Below are positions 1 to 8,639 of a stretch of DNA of 64,000 nt, piece after piece (positions within the stretch are counted from its first letter, which is position 1; each line of letters opens with the position of its first letter). Position numbers and translations under genes: made by a program. The stretch is taken from the NCBI GenBank assembly GCA_035606215.1, contig DATNFV010000063.1, forward strand, positions 42,526 to 106,525, read 5' to 3'. The DNA comes from Hanamia sp. (GTDB lineage Bacteria; Bacteroidota; Bacteroidia; Chitinophagales; Chitinophagaceae). The notes beneath the pieces are model-generated. The model was not told where the DNA came from. It was given only the letters and a program-made list of their open reading frames with translations, and made no database searches.

Positions 1-532
1 CAATCGGTGCATAAACAAAAAGGCTGAACATGACAATAAAAAGAATGTAAGAAGAAAAACGGGTCCTTTCGGCAACGGCGCCCACAACAAGACTTGGAGT
101 AATGATGGCAAACATTAATTGAAAAAGTGCGAACAATAACAAGGGAATTGTTGGAGCCAGAGACCAGGGAGCTCCTGAATTTACTCCTTTAAAAAAAATA
201 TGGGTTAAAGGATTTCCAATAAAGCCACCAATTGAATCTCCAAAAGCCAAACTATATCCAACTGTAATCCATAAAACTGATACGACGCCAGCAGCTACAA
301 AACTTTTGATCATAGTGGAAAGAACGTTTTTTCTATGAACCATTCCGCCATAAAAAAATGCCAAAGCCGGAGTCATTAAAAAAACCAATGCTGTGGCTAC
401 AAGTATCCATGCGATATCGGCAGAATTATATTTTCCATTAAAATCTGAGAAAGAAGGAATGAAAAGAGCGATAATGGCGATAATGAATAAAGCGACAAAA
501 GGAGCGGCATTTGAAATATTATTTTTTTTCAT
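1..532 (-). CDS. amt: Ammonium transporter, 5' part; runs off the left edge and is absent from the ORF track
   Basis: Manual translation from ATG at 532: MKKNNISNAAPF...ADIAWILVATALVFLMTPALAFFYGGMVHRKNVLSTM, the Amt TM1 signature. Confidence 0.93.
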   Translation of the reverse strand, partial: MKKNNISNAAPFVALFIIAIIALFIPSFSDFNGKYNSADIAWILVATALVFLMTPALAFFYGGMVHRKNVLSTMIKSFVAAGVVSVLWITVGYSLAFGDSIGGFIGNPLTHIFFKGVNSGAPWSLAPTIPLLLFALFQLMFAIITPSLVVGAVAERTRFSSYILFIVMFSLFVYAPI

Positions 533-549
533 ATCCAATAAATTTTAAT

Positions 550-557
550 CAAATCTA
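550..557 (-). promoter_or_regulatory. Bacteroidota -7 promoter box for amt
   Basis: TAGATTTG on the minus strand matches TAnnTTTG, 18 nt upstream of the ATG. Confidence 0.6.
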
Positions 558-706
558 AATGGATATTTGCAAACTTTTGCTTATTTTATTTTATTTATTT
601 TTTTATAATATTTAATTATTCTTTTTTTATGGGTAATAAACATTGTTTAGGAAGAAATTTAATTGTATATAAATAATTATAATATTGATAAAATGAGCCC
701 AGAATT

Positions 707-994
707 CTATAAAGTCATATATGATTGTAGCGCTTTTACATAGTTTTCAAAAGCCAGAATTCCTTTTGGTGTTATTTTCCCAATCGTTTGAGGATAGTTT
801 TTATTAAATTGTTTAGTGATTTCAATATAACCTGCTTCTTTTAATTTATTCATTTGAACGCTTAGATTTCCGGCAGTTGAATTTGTTTTTTCTTTTAAAA
901 AAGTAAACTCCGCTTCCTTTACGCTTATCAAAAGGGACATCACGGCCAACCGTAATTGAGAATGTAATATGGGATCAAGTTCTTTAAATTCCAT
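707..994 (-). CDS. Winged-helix transcriptional regulator (HTH_34 / MarR-ArsR-like)
   Basis: LDPILHSQLRLAVMSLL...F..LKE....TAGNLSVQ..KL.EAGYI pattern; last gene of the TonB operon. Confidence 0.85.
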   Translation of the reverse strand: MEFKELDPILHSQLRLAVMSLLISVKEAEFTFLKEKTNSTAGNLSVQMNKLKEAGYIEITKQFNKNYPQTIGKITPKGILAFENYVKALQSYMTL

Positions 995-1607
995 TGGTGA
1001 TTTCTAAATTTGTACCTCCCATTTCACTTTTAAATTTATTTCTCAACAAATGCCCCGGAATGATCCACGCTGCAATAACTGCTAAGGCGCTTAGTAATAC
1101 ATGATATTCAGGATTTATAAACGGCGAAATGAATGCCATTGTCCAGCAAAAAATTCCACCAAATAATAAGGGTTTAAATTTTATAATAATGCCGGACAAA
1201 AATGTTGGTATTCCATACAAGACCAATAATAAGGGATTAATTAATTCATATTTTTTAAAACTCACACAGATGAAAATTGTGAGCATTAAACAAATAAAGA
1301 AAGAAAGCCACACAAATGAATTGATTTCCCTTGTATATGTCCTGGTTCTTCTTGATCTTTTTGTTTTTCTGATGTAAAAAACCTGAAAAATAAGAACAGC
1401 ATATATTAAAAGCCAAACTAAGTTTCCTTTGGGATTATGAAAAAAATGACCGGTCACAAATTCTGTAAGGCAGCAAAATAAAATCACCCAGCCCCAGATA
1501 AGATAGAATAGTCCGGTTTCCCCATACAGATTTTTTGCTTTGTTGATCATTGAAGTAATCAATAGCATACTTTCTGATTCAGACATTTTTATTTCCTCGT
1601 TTTCCAT
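984..1607 (-). CDS. Uncharacterised membrane protein, about 6 TM
   Basis: Multiple hydrophobic segments; overlaps the regulator start by 11 nt. Confidence 0.75.
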   Translation of the reverse strand: MENEEIKMSESESMLLITSMINKAKNLYGETGLFYLIWGWVILFCCLTEFVTGHFFHNPKGNLVWLLIYAVLIFQVFYIRKTKRSRRTRTYTREINSFVWLSFFICLMLTIFICVSFKKYELINPLLLVLYGIPTFLSGIIIKFKPLLFGGIFCWTMAFISPFINPEYHVLLSALAVIAAWIIPGHLLRNKFKSEMGGTNLEITNGI

Positions 1608-1613
1608 AAAGAT

Positions 1614-2255
1614 TTACTTGTATTGTGATAAGAAATAATCGAGGGTGGATTTGCCCCAGTTGGGAGAAATATCTGTTTCAGGCTTGAAATTGCTATATAA
1701 TTGGTTTGCCTTATCAAATAATTCTTTTGCCACATCTTTTCCACCGCCGTAAGCTTCAGGAGTAAAAAATTTATTTTCTGCTTCTACTAAAACCGGACGC
1801 GGATTGGTGGGATCAAGAGATTCTGATTTTTGAATATTTCCGCTGATATCCGGACCATAAGTCATATAACGGCTTTGGGGATCAACAGTCATGTGAGCTG
1901 TGGCAATCATACTTTTGATCACATCAGTTTCTGAATTTTCTTTCCCTAAAATTGTTTCTGCTTTTTTGATCAGATCAGTTGCTTTATCAGCCAAAGCATC
2001 TTTTTTTGAATTATCCTGTTCCTGTAAAGCTTCTGATGCAGTAGAAAATGCGGCATAATAATAAGGAAGCCATTGTGTTTTTTCAGCATCACCGATTCTG
2101 ATAAAATTGTTGGCGATCTCCTCGTAATTATTTTTTTGTCTTGCCGAATCCAGTTGAGAAATATTGGATTTCATTGCGCTTTCATATTTCGCACTTTGGG
2201 CAAAGGTGAATCCTGCGATTAGAAAAAAGGATGCAAATAAAATTGACTTTTTCAT
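1614..2255 (-). CDS. Secreted helical (TPR-like) hypothetical protein
   Basis: Signal peptide MKKSILFASFFLIAGFTFAQ; WLPYYYAA and P.NPR motifs. Confidence 0.7.
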   Translation of the reverse strand: MKKSILFASFFLIAGFTFAQSAKYESAMKSNISQLDSARQKNNYEEIANNFIRIGDAEKTQWLPYYYAAFSTASEALQEQDNSKKDALADKATDLIKKAETILGKENSETDVIKSMIATAHMTVDPQSRYMTYGPDISGNIQKSESLDPTNPRPVLVEAENKFFTPEAYGGGKDVAKELFDKANQLYSNFKPETDISPNWGKSTLDYFLSQYK

Positions 2256-2283
2256 TGTTGTTTGATTTTATTGTAAAAAGAAA

Positions 2284-2571
2284 TTATTGTTTGTTTTTAA
2301 GTTTTTGATATTCTTTTTCTGCCATTGAATCTTTGCTTTTAAAAGCTGCGCGGTAGTTAAAGAAAACGGCGATTCCCCAACCAAGCATTGGCCAAACCGG
2401 CCATGGAATTGCATCTCTTTGTGACGGCGGCGTTGGATTTGTTCTCAGGCTGATGTAATAAATTGTCCAGAAAAAAATGATCATGATAAAATAAAGGAGC
2501 ACATGAGTTCTGAACGCGGCTCTTTTTTGAGCTAACTTCCATAATTCAGGATCTTTGATTTCTTGTTCCAT
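2284..2571 (-). CDS. 2TM domain-containing protein
   Basis: A.KRAAFRTH...Y and WPVWPMLGWGI motifs; two TM helices. Confidence 0.8.
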   Translation of the reverse strand: MEQEIKDPELWKLAQKRAAFRTHVLLYFIMIIFFWTIYYISLRTNPTPPSQRDAIPWPVWPMLGWGIAVFFNYRAAFKSKDSMAEKEYQKLKNKQ

Positions 2572-2635
2572 AAAATTATATTTAATTGTTTTTAATGATT
2601 ACTACAATTTAATTCATTTTAAACAGATCACTTTT

Positions 2636-4897
2636 TTATAAATGGTTATTGATTTCGTCCTGTGTCCTGTCTATTCCAAGACTTACAAAATATCCGAGGT
2701 AAATAAATCTTTTTGCAGGTGGCGTTACCGCTACTTTATTTTGCCCGTTTACAGAAAAATCGTAATTGTAAACATTTTCAAATCCTAAAACATTAGTTAC
2801 AGAAAATACAAAAACTGAAAATGCTTTTGCATTTGTTTTTCCTATTGATGGAAGATAATTGACACTGAAACTTAAATTATTATAATCTTTTGTTCGCCCG
2901 TTTTCTATGATCTTATAATCATGTTGATTGTCATCATAAATAATATCATAGTAAGGACGGCCTGTAGCATAAGTGTAAGATGCATTGAATTGTGTTTTCA
3001 AAGGAGTGACAAATTTTTTCAGCACCAGCGAAGCCGTATTTTTTGAAACAAAAGAAGGTTCTATTGCAAAAGGATAATTTAAAAAATCACGTTTGGTATC
3101 AAGGTAAGAATACGAGATCCAGTAATCAACATTTTTGATTGTTTTTTTGTCGCGCCAAAAAAATTCAATTCCCTTTGCATCACCAAAGCCGTTATTGTTA
3201 ATTGCCGTAAAAGTTTGATTATATGCTTGTGTTGTTTTTAAAAGATCCTCGTATTTTTTGTAGAATAATTCTGTTCTGAATGTCCGGTCTTTTGTGATCT
3301 TCTCATATTGAAGAATGTAGTGAGTTGCTTTTTGGAAATGCAATGCATTAAGCGATGGCAGGTATTTTCTATCCGGATCCTGGTAAAAAATTCCATATGC
3401 TAATGAAACCTGGCTTTTATCTGCAAACTTATAGGCGAATGAAATTCGTGGAGCTACATTCCATTTGTCTAAAAGTTTTGAATGTTCTGCACGAACGCCA
3501 GCTCTTGCTGCAATGTTGTTCGTAACATAAATGTCGGCTTCGGCAAAGCCGGAAACAATGTTTTCTATTACTTTTTGCAAATAAGAATTTCCATCATATT
3601 CGTTGTAAGTGGACCTTTCATTGCTGTAATTATCTTCGGCGCCGAAACGGATGGCGCTTAATGATTGCAACTTTTTTTCAAACACTACTTTTGTATTTGC
3701 ATAATCGCCTTTATTGATCAATCCAAAATTTTTATAAGCAAATAAAGGTTTATCAACGATTTGTTGTTTTTCATTGTCAGCATTTTGTAATTCCATATTA
3801 ATGTTATCCTTGTTTGTACTGTAAGACGCGCCGGTATTTACTTTCCAGCCCTTTCCAAAATATTCTTTCCAGGATAAATTGTGATACATGTTCAAATTTT
3901 TCAAACCGAAAGCATCTTTCAGATTCAATGAATCTACATCCTGATTTCGAAAACCAACATTGGTTGCATTGAAATAACCATAGTATTTCAACATACCGGT
4001 GGAAGAAGTTTTAACTCTATAATTGATATCGGCTTCTTGTGTTTCAGGCACCTGGAAATAGTCAAATTTTTGTTTGATCAGATTATAAACTAAAGAAAGA
4101 TTTGCATATGCATACGTAATTCCCCAGGATGATTTTTTGTTTTTAGAAAGTTTCTGTATTCCTGCGTTTGCAGCGAGATATGAAATTCCAAAATCCGCTG
4201 AAGTTTTTTCAGGAAGGTCAATTGATTCTAGCAAAAGCACTGACGAAAGCGCTTGTCCATACAAAGCAGAATATCCGCCTGAACTAAAAATAGTTCCTTT
4301 AAATAAAAATGGGTTAAACCTTCCACGTGTTGCCTGGCCGGGCTCGCTGCTGTAATAAAAATTATTTACCAAAGTTCCGTCGATATAATATTTGGTTTCA
4401 TCTGCTGTGCCCCCTCTTACAAACAATCCTTCGCTTTCGCCGACTTGCTGTGCTCCCGGTAAAGTTTTTATTGCAGAAGTAATATCACCGTTGGCGCTTG
4501 CTGTTGTTACAATATCGATTGGGCTTAAAGCAGTTGCTCTTTTTGCATCGCTTGCTTCAAAAGTTCCTGCGCTAATGATCACCGCTTTAAGTTCTGTAAT
4601 TTCTTCTTTTAACTGGATATTTAAAACCATAGATGATGATTCAATATTTATTTTTTCTTCAAAAGGCTTATAACCAGTTGAAGTGGCTTTTAAAATTTGT
4701 GTCCCTTTTTCTGATGTAGTGAATGAATAATTTCCCGCAGAATCAGTTGTAGCTCCATCGTAAGAATCAACAATTGAAACACTGATTCCAGGCAAAGGAT
4801 TTTTTTTGGCATCAGTAATGTTGCCACTGATTTTTGTCTGACAAATTCCTGTGGAAACTATCAACATAAACGGAAATAAGAGAAACTTCAGCACCAT
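2636..4897 (-). CDS. TonB-dependent receptor with N-terminal carboxypeptidase-like regulatory domain
   Basis: ISGNITD...PLPG N-terminus; plug LFVRGG..DET...IDG; beta-barrel-like alternating C-terminal region. Confidence 0.88.
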   Translation of the reverse strand: MVLKFLLFPFMLIVSTGICQTKISGNITDAKKNPLPGISVSIVDSYDGATTDSAGNYSFTTSEKGTQILKATSTGYKPFEEKINIESSSMVLNIQLKEEITELKAVIISAGTFEASDAKRATALSPIDIVTTASANGDITSAIKTLPGAQQVGESEGLFVRGGTADETKYYIDGTLVNNFYYSSEPGQATRGRFNPFLFKGTIFSSGGYSALYGQALSSVLLLESIDLPEKTSADFGISYLAANAGIQKLSKNKKSSWGITYAYANLSLVYNLIKQKFDYFQVPETQEADINYRVKTSSTGMLKYYGYFNATNVGFRNQDVDSLNLKDAFGLKNLNMYHNLSWKEYFGKGWKVNTGASYSTNKDNINMELQNADNEKQQIVDKPLFAYKNFGLINKGDYANTKVVFEKKLQSLSAIRFGAEDNYSNERSTYNEYDGNSYLQKVIENIVSGFAEADIYVTNNIAARAGVRAEHSKLLDKWNVAPRISFAYKFADKSQVSLAYGIFYQDPDRKYLPSLNALHFQKATHYILQYEKITKDRTFRTELFYKKYEDLLKTTQAYNQTFTAINNNGFGDAKGIEFFWRDKKTIKNVDYWISYSYLDTKRDFLNYPFAIEPSFVSKNTASLVLKKFVTPLKTQFNASYTYATGRPYYDIIYDDNQHDYKIIENGRTKDYNNLSFSVNYLPSIGKTNAKAFSVFVFSVTNVLGFENVYNYDFSVNGQNKVAVTPPAKRFIYLGYFVSLGIDRTQDEINNHL

Positions 4898-4909
4898 ATA
4901 AATTTTTCA

Positions 4910-4941
4910 CAAACGTAAAGTAGTTTATAACATAAACCAAA
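4910..4941 (-). promoter_or_regulatory. Promoter (-33 TTTG / -7 TACGTTTG) of the TonB operon, with a palindromic candidate operator in the spacer
   Basis: Minus strand TTTG (4938-4941), 20 nt spacer, TACGTTTG (4910-4917); GTTTAT-aac-ATAAAC inverted repeat at 4923-4937. Confidence 0.7.
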
Positions 4942-5122
4942 TTATTGAAAAATATTTTTTTTATTATTTTCCAGAAGCGCGAATTTTTGCATTTAACTTA
5001 TTAATAATCAGGTGGTAAGAAATTTGAAGTGTAGTTTGTTTTTATATGTGAATGGATACAGAATTTATTCACATCCCTGAAAATTAATTTGTTTATCTCC
5101 TTTCAATTAGTAATTTAGCAAT

Positions 5123-5181
5123 AGAATTTAATGGGTTAGTAAGTACAAAGAGCTGGTTTCAACGCCGGCTCTTTTACTTTT
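5123..5181 (+). ncRNA. Candidate small RNA A (5' end uncertain, could start near 5033)
   Basis: Orphan intrinsic terminator in a divergent intergenic region; -7-like TAATTTAG at 5111-5118; 17-nt segment complementary to 21943-21959. Confidence 0.5.
5147..5181 (+). terminator. Intrinsic terminator with no upstream CDS on this strand
   Basis: AAAGAGCTGG-tttcaacg-CCGGCTCTTT followed by TACTTTT. Confidence 0.65.
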
Positions 5182-5315
5182 GCAGTAAATAGACTTTTTT
5201 CTTTGATTTTTATTTTGATTATAAAATCATTTTTAATTTCTCCTTCACTTTTCTTTTTCATTTTTCTTCTCTTGATAATGATTGTTTAATTTCATAGCTT
5301 CCAAACAAATTTTAA

Positions 5316-6689
5316 ATGAGTAAAACTAAGACTGCTTTTTTTTGCAGCAACTGCGGACAGGAAAGTACAAAGTGGGTTGGCAAATGTCCTTCATGCAATG
5401 AGTGGAATACTTTTGTGGAAGAAGTAATTGTGAAAGGAAATGAAAAACAGGAAAACGAGTGGAAAGAATTTGCAGGGTTGAGTGGCGGACTGAAAACAAT
5501 TTTATTGCAGGACGTTACAAGTGGTGAAGAGAAAAGAATTGTTACTGAAGACGTTGAACTTAATCGGGTACTTGGAGGCGGAATTGTTTTAGGAAGTATT
5601 GTGTTGATCGCCGGCGAACCTGGCATCGGAAAATCAACGCTTTTTCTGCAGGCGACTTTACAATTAAAAAATATCCGCACCTTATACATCAGCGGAGAAG
5701 AAAGTGAACAGCAAATTAAAATGCGTGCCGACAGATTACAAATTATCAATGAGAACTTTTTTCTTCTTACTGAAACCAACACGCAAACCATTTTCAAAGA
5801 AATAAAAAAAATAAAACCTCAGTTAGTTATTGTTGATTCTATTCAAACACTCCAATCGCCTTATATAGAATCTGCACCGGGAAGTGCTTCGCAAATAAGA
5901 GAAAGCGCAGCAGAACTTCAGCGGTTTGCGAAAGAAAGCAATACACCGGTTTTTTTAATTGGCCACATAACCAAAGACGGAAGTATCGCCGGTCCAAAAA
6001 TTCTTGAACATATGGTAGATACGGTCTTGCAATTTGAAGGTGACCGCCATTATGCGTATCGCATTTTGCGAACGTTAAAAAATCGTTTTGGTTCTACCTC
6101 TGAGTTGGGAATTTATGAAATGACGGGTGAAGGAATGAAAGAAATCAAAAATCCTTCAGAAATTTTAATCACACAGAAAGAAGAACAGTTAAGCGGCGTT
6201 GCCATTGCTGCAACAATGGAAGGAATCCGTCCGCTGCTGATCGAAGTGCAGGCACTGGTTACTCAAAGCGTATATGGAACACCTCAAAGAACGAACACCG
6301 GTTTTGATTTGAGAAGATTACAATTGTTGCTCGCTGTTTTGGAAAAACGTGGAGGATTTCATTTTGGGGTTAAAGATGTTTTTATCAATATTGCCGGTGG
6401 GCTAAAAGTAGAAGATCCTTCTATTGATTTAGCAGTTTTAAGCGCCTTACTTTCTTCTTATGAAGACGTGCCTTTGCCAATGCAAATTTGTTTTTCAGGC
6501 GAAGTTGGATTGAGTGGTGAAATAAGAGCGGTTAATCGTATTGAACAAAGAATTGCAGAAGCAGAAAAATTAGGTTTTGAAAAAATGATCGTAAGCAAAT
6601 ACAATACAAAAGGATTGGGGAAAAATAAATTCAATATTGAAGTAGTTCCTTTGGGAAAAGTAGAAGAGCTGTATAGATATTTATTTTAA
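5316..6689 (+). CDS. radA: DNA repair protein RadA/Sms
   Basis: C4 zinc finger CSNCG...CPSC, Walker A GEPGIGKS, KNRFG motif. Confidence 0.98.
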   Translation: MSKTKTAFFCSNCGQESTKWVGKCPSCNEWNTFVEEVIVKGNEKQENEWKEFAGLSGGLKTILLQDVTSGEEKRIVTEDVELNRVLGGGIVLGSIVLIAGEPGIGKSTLFLQATLQLKNIRTLYISGEESEQQIKMRADRLQIINENFFLLTETNTQTIFKEIKKIKPQLVIVDSIQTLQSPYIESAPGSASQIRESAAELQRFAKESNTPVFLIGHITKDGSIAGPKILEHMVDTVLQFEGDRHYAYRILRTLKNRFGSTSELGIYEMTGEGMKEIKNPSEILITQKEEQLSGVAIAATMEGIRPLLIEVQALVTQSVYGTPQRTNTGFDLRRLQLLLAVLEKRGGFHFGVKDVFINIAGGLKVEDPSIDLAVLSALLSSYEDVPLPMQICFSGEVGLSGEIRAVNRIEQRIAEAEKLGFEKMIVSKYNTKGLGKNKFNIEVVPLGKVEELYRYLF

Positions 6690-6795
6690 AAGTGGGCAGC
6701 ATCTATTTGATCACGTTTTTTAAGAAAGGATTTACAAATTTTACAATAGAATTGGAAGTAAGACTTTTAAAAACTATTTTTTTTAACTTGAAATC

Positions 6796-7494
6796 TTGAA
6801 AAAATTTTCATTCACTTCATCGCCTCTTTTTCATTTCTTTTATCCGCATCATTGCATCGGATGTTCAAGTGATGTAATTCAAAATGAAAGCTTTCTTTGC
6901 CTGGATTGTTTAAACGTATTGCCTCAAACCAACTTTGCCATGCATGCAAATAATCCTGTTGAAAAAAGATTTTGGGGGCGATTGGCAGTTACTTCAGCTA
7001 TGAGTGAATTTTATTTTTCTCAAAATTCCATTGTTCAAAATATGATTCATGAATTAAAATATCGTGGAAATAAAAAAGCGGGGAAATTTTTTGGGAATCT
7101 GATGGGAAAAAGTTTACTCAACAGTAATCGCTTTCATGTTGATGTGATTATTCCGCTGCCTTTGTTTGAAAGAAAAGAAAGAATGCGTGGATACAATCAA
7201 TCAGAATTAATTGCTAATGGAATTGCTGAAATCATCAGTAAGCCTGTTGTTAAAAATAATGTCGTAAGAAATTTTTTTACGGAAACACAAACTAAAAAAC
7301 ACCGGTTGGAAAGATGGAAAAATGTTGAAAATATTTTTTACGTAACAAGACCTTCAGAATTGGAAGGAAAACATATTTTATTAGTGGATGATGTGATCAC
7401 AACTGGGGCAACTATTGAATCTTGCGGATTAGAAATTTTAAAAATAAAAGACGCAAAGCTAAGCATTGCTTCTTTTGCTATTGCAACCAGTTGA
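6796..7494 (+). CDS. comF: ComF family phosphoribosyltransferase-like protein
   Basis: N-terminal CxxC...CxxC, RGYNQS, PRT motif ILLVDDVITTGAT. Confidence 0.9.
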   Translation: MKKFSFTSSPLFHFFYPHHCIGCSSDVIQNESFLCLDCLNVLPQTNFAMHANNPVEKRFWGRLAVTSAMSEFYFSQNSIVQNMIHELKYRGNKKAGKFFGNLMGKSLLNSNRFHVDVIIPLPLFERKERMRGYNQSELIANGIAEIISKPVVKNNVVRNFFTETQTKKHRLERWKNVENIFYVTRPSELEGKHILLVDDVITTGATIESCGLEILKIKDAKLSIASFAIATS

Positions 7495-7542
7495 AATGTT
7501 ATTTTTTAAAACCCTGAAATAATTCTAATTTTTATTTTGACG

Positions 7543-7577
7543 AAAAAAAAGAGAACTGCTTTCGCAATTCTCTTTTT
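7543..7577. terminator. Bidirectional terminator between convergent comF and dksA
   Basis: A-tract, GAGAAcTGC-tttc-GCAaTTCTC, T-tract. Confidence 0.7.
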
Positions 7578-7598
7578 CTATTTTTTTTAATTTAAAAC

Positions 7599-8636
7599 TT
7601 AACGGTTGATTCCCATTTTTGCTTCAATAGAAAGAGTAGCATGTGGAACGGCTCTCAATCTGGCTTTATCAATCAGTTTTCCAGTAACGCGACAGATTCC
7701 ATATGTTTTATTTTCAATTCTCATCATCGCTTTTTCCAAATGATCAATAAAAGTGATTTGACGGCTTGCCATCTGGCTTAATTGTTCCCTTTCCATACTT
7801 AAACTTCCATCTTCCATGGTCATATAGCGGTTGTCGCTTTCATCACCGCCCATTTGATCTTTCCTGGTGATAAGTCCCTGCAGATATCCAAGTTCTTTTT
7901 TTGCAGTTTCCAATTTGCGGGTAATTAATTCGCGGAATTCAAGTAATTCATTATCGCTATAGCGCATAGAAGGGCCATTATTCTCAGCCGGAGATTGATC
8001 CAAAACTGATTTGGTAAATTCCGGTTCATATTTTCTTGCTTTTTCAGTGTTTGTTTTAGGCATTACAAAAGGTTTTTTAGGGGCTTTTTCTGCTTCATGA
8101 TGCGATTTTACCTTTGCAATCGCTTTTTTCAATTCTACTTTATGATTGCTCGGTTTAACCGTTTTTGAAGAAGAGGTCTTTTCAGGTGTTTTTTCTTTTT
8201 TTATAGGTTTAGCAACAGCGGTTTTTTTAACTGTTGCAGATTTTTTAGATAAATTCTTTTCTTTCTTAGGAGCAGTTTTTTTTGCGGCGGCTGCCGGTTT
8301 TGCAACTGCATCCCTTTTAGTCGTAGCCAATTTTTTGGGTACTGCTTTCTTTACACCGGCTTTAGCAGTTTTTTTAACCGGGGGTTGTTTCTTAATAGAT
8401 GATTTTTGTTCTTTACTCAATTTGGATGCCGCTTTTTTCGGAGCTACTGTTTTTGTAGATTTTTTTTCTTTTGAAGATCCGGCTGCTTTTTTCGGAGTCG
8501 CTTTTTTGGCAGCCACTTTCTTCACAGGCGCTGCTTTTTTAGCAACTACTTTTTTTTGAGGAACAGACTTTTTGGCTGCTGCTTTCGTTGCTTTTGATTT
8601 TTGTGCAACACTTGTTGTTTTTTTCTTTGTAGCCAT
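7599..8636 (-). CDS. dksA: TraR/DksA family regulator with a long Lys/Ala/Pro-rich N-terminal extension
   Basis: C-terminal RYSD.EL.EF...RIENKTYGICRVTGKLIDKARLRAVPHATLSIEAK; directly downstream of ileS. Confidence 0.88.
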   Translation of the reverse strand: MATKKKTTSVAQKSKATKAAAKKSVPQKKVVAKKAAPVKKVAAKKATPKKAAGSSKEKKSTKTVAPKKAASKLSKEQKSSIKKQPPVKKTAKAGVKKAVPKKLATTKRDAVAKPAAAAKKTAPKKEKNLSKKSATVKKTAVAKPIKKEKTPEKTSSSKTVKPSNHKVELKKAIAKVKSHHEAEKAPKKPFVMPKTNTEKARKYEPEFTKSVLDQSPAENNGPSMRYSDNELLEFRELITRKLETAKKELGYLQGLITRKDQMGGDESDNRYMTMEDGSLSMEREQLSQMASRQITFIDHLEKAMMRIENKTYGICRVTGKLIDKARLRAVPHATLSIEAKMGINR

Positions 8637-8639
8637 ACT

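Noticed and set aside
5047-5073. CRP-like site TGTGA...TCACA
   Set aside because: The spacer is 17 nt rather than 6; treated as an RNA stem or unknown operator instead.
5312-5797. 161-aa ORF antisense to radA, and the many other 60-160 aa ORFs nested in or opposite clear genes
   Set aside because: They overlap well-supported genes and show no recognisable motifs.
8146-8559. 137-aa Phe/Ala-rich plus-strand ORF resembling a membrane protein
   Set aside because: It is the antisense shadow of the Lys/Ala-rich dksA tail (AAA codons read as TTT).
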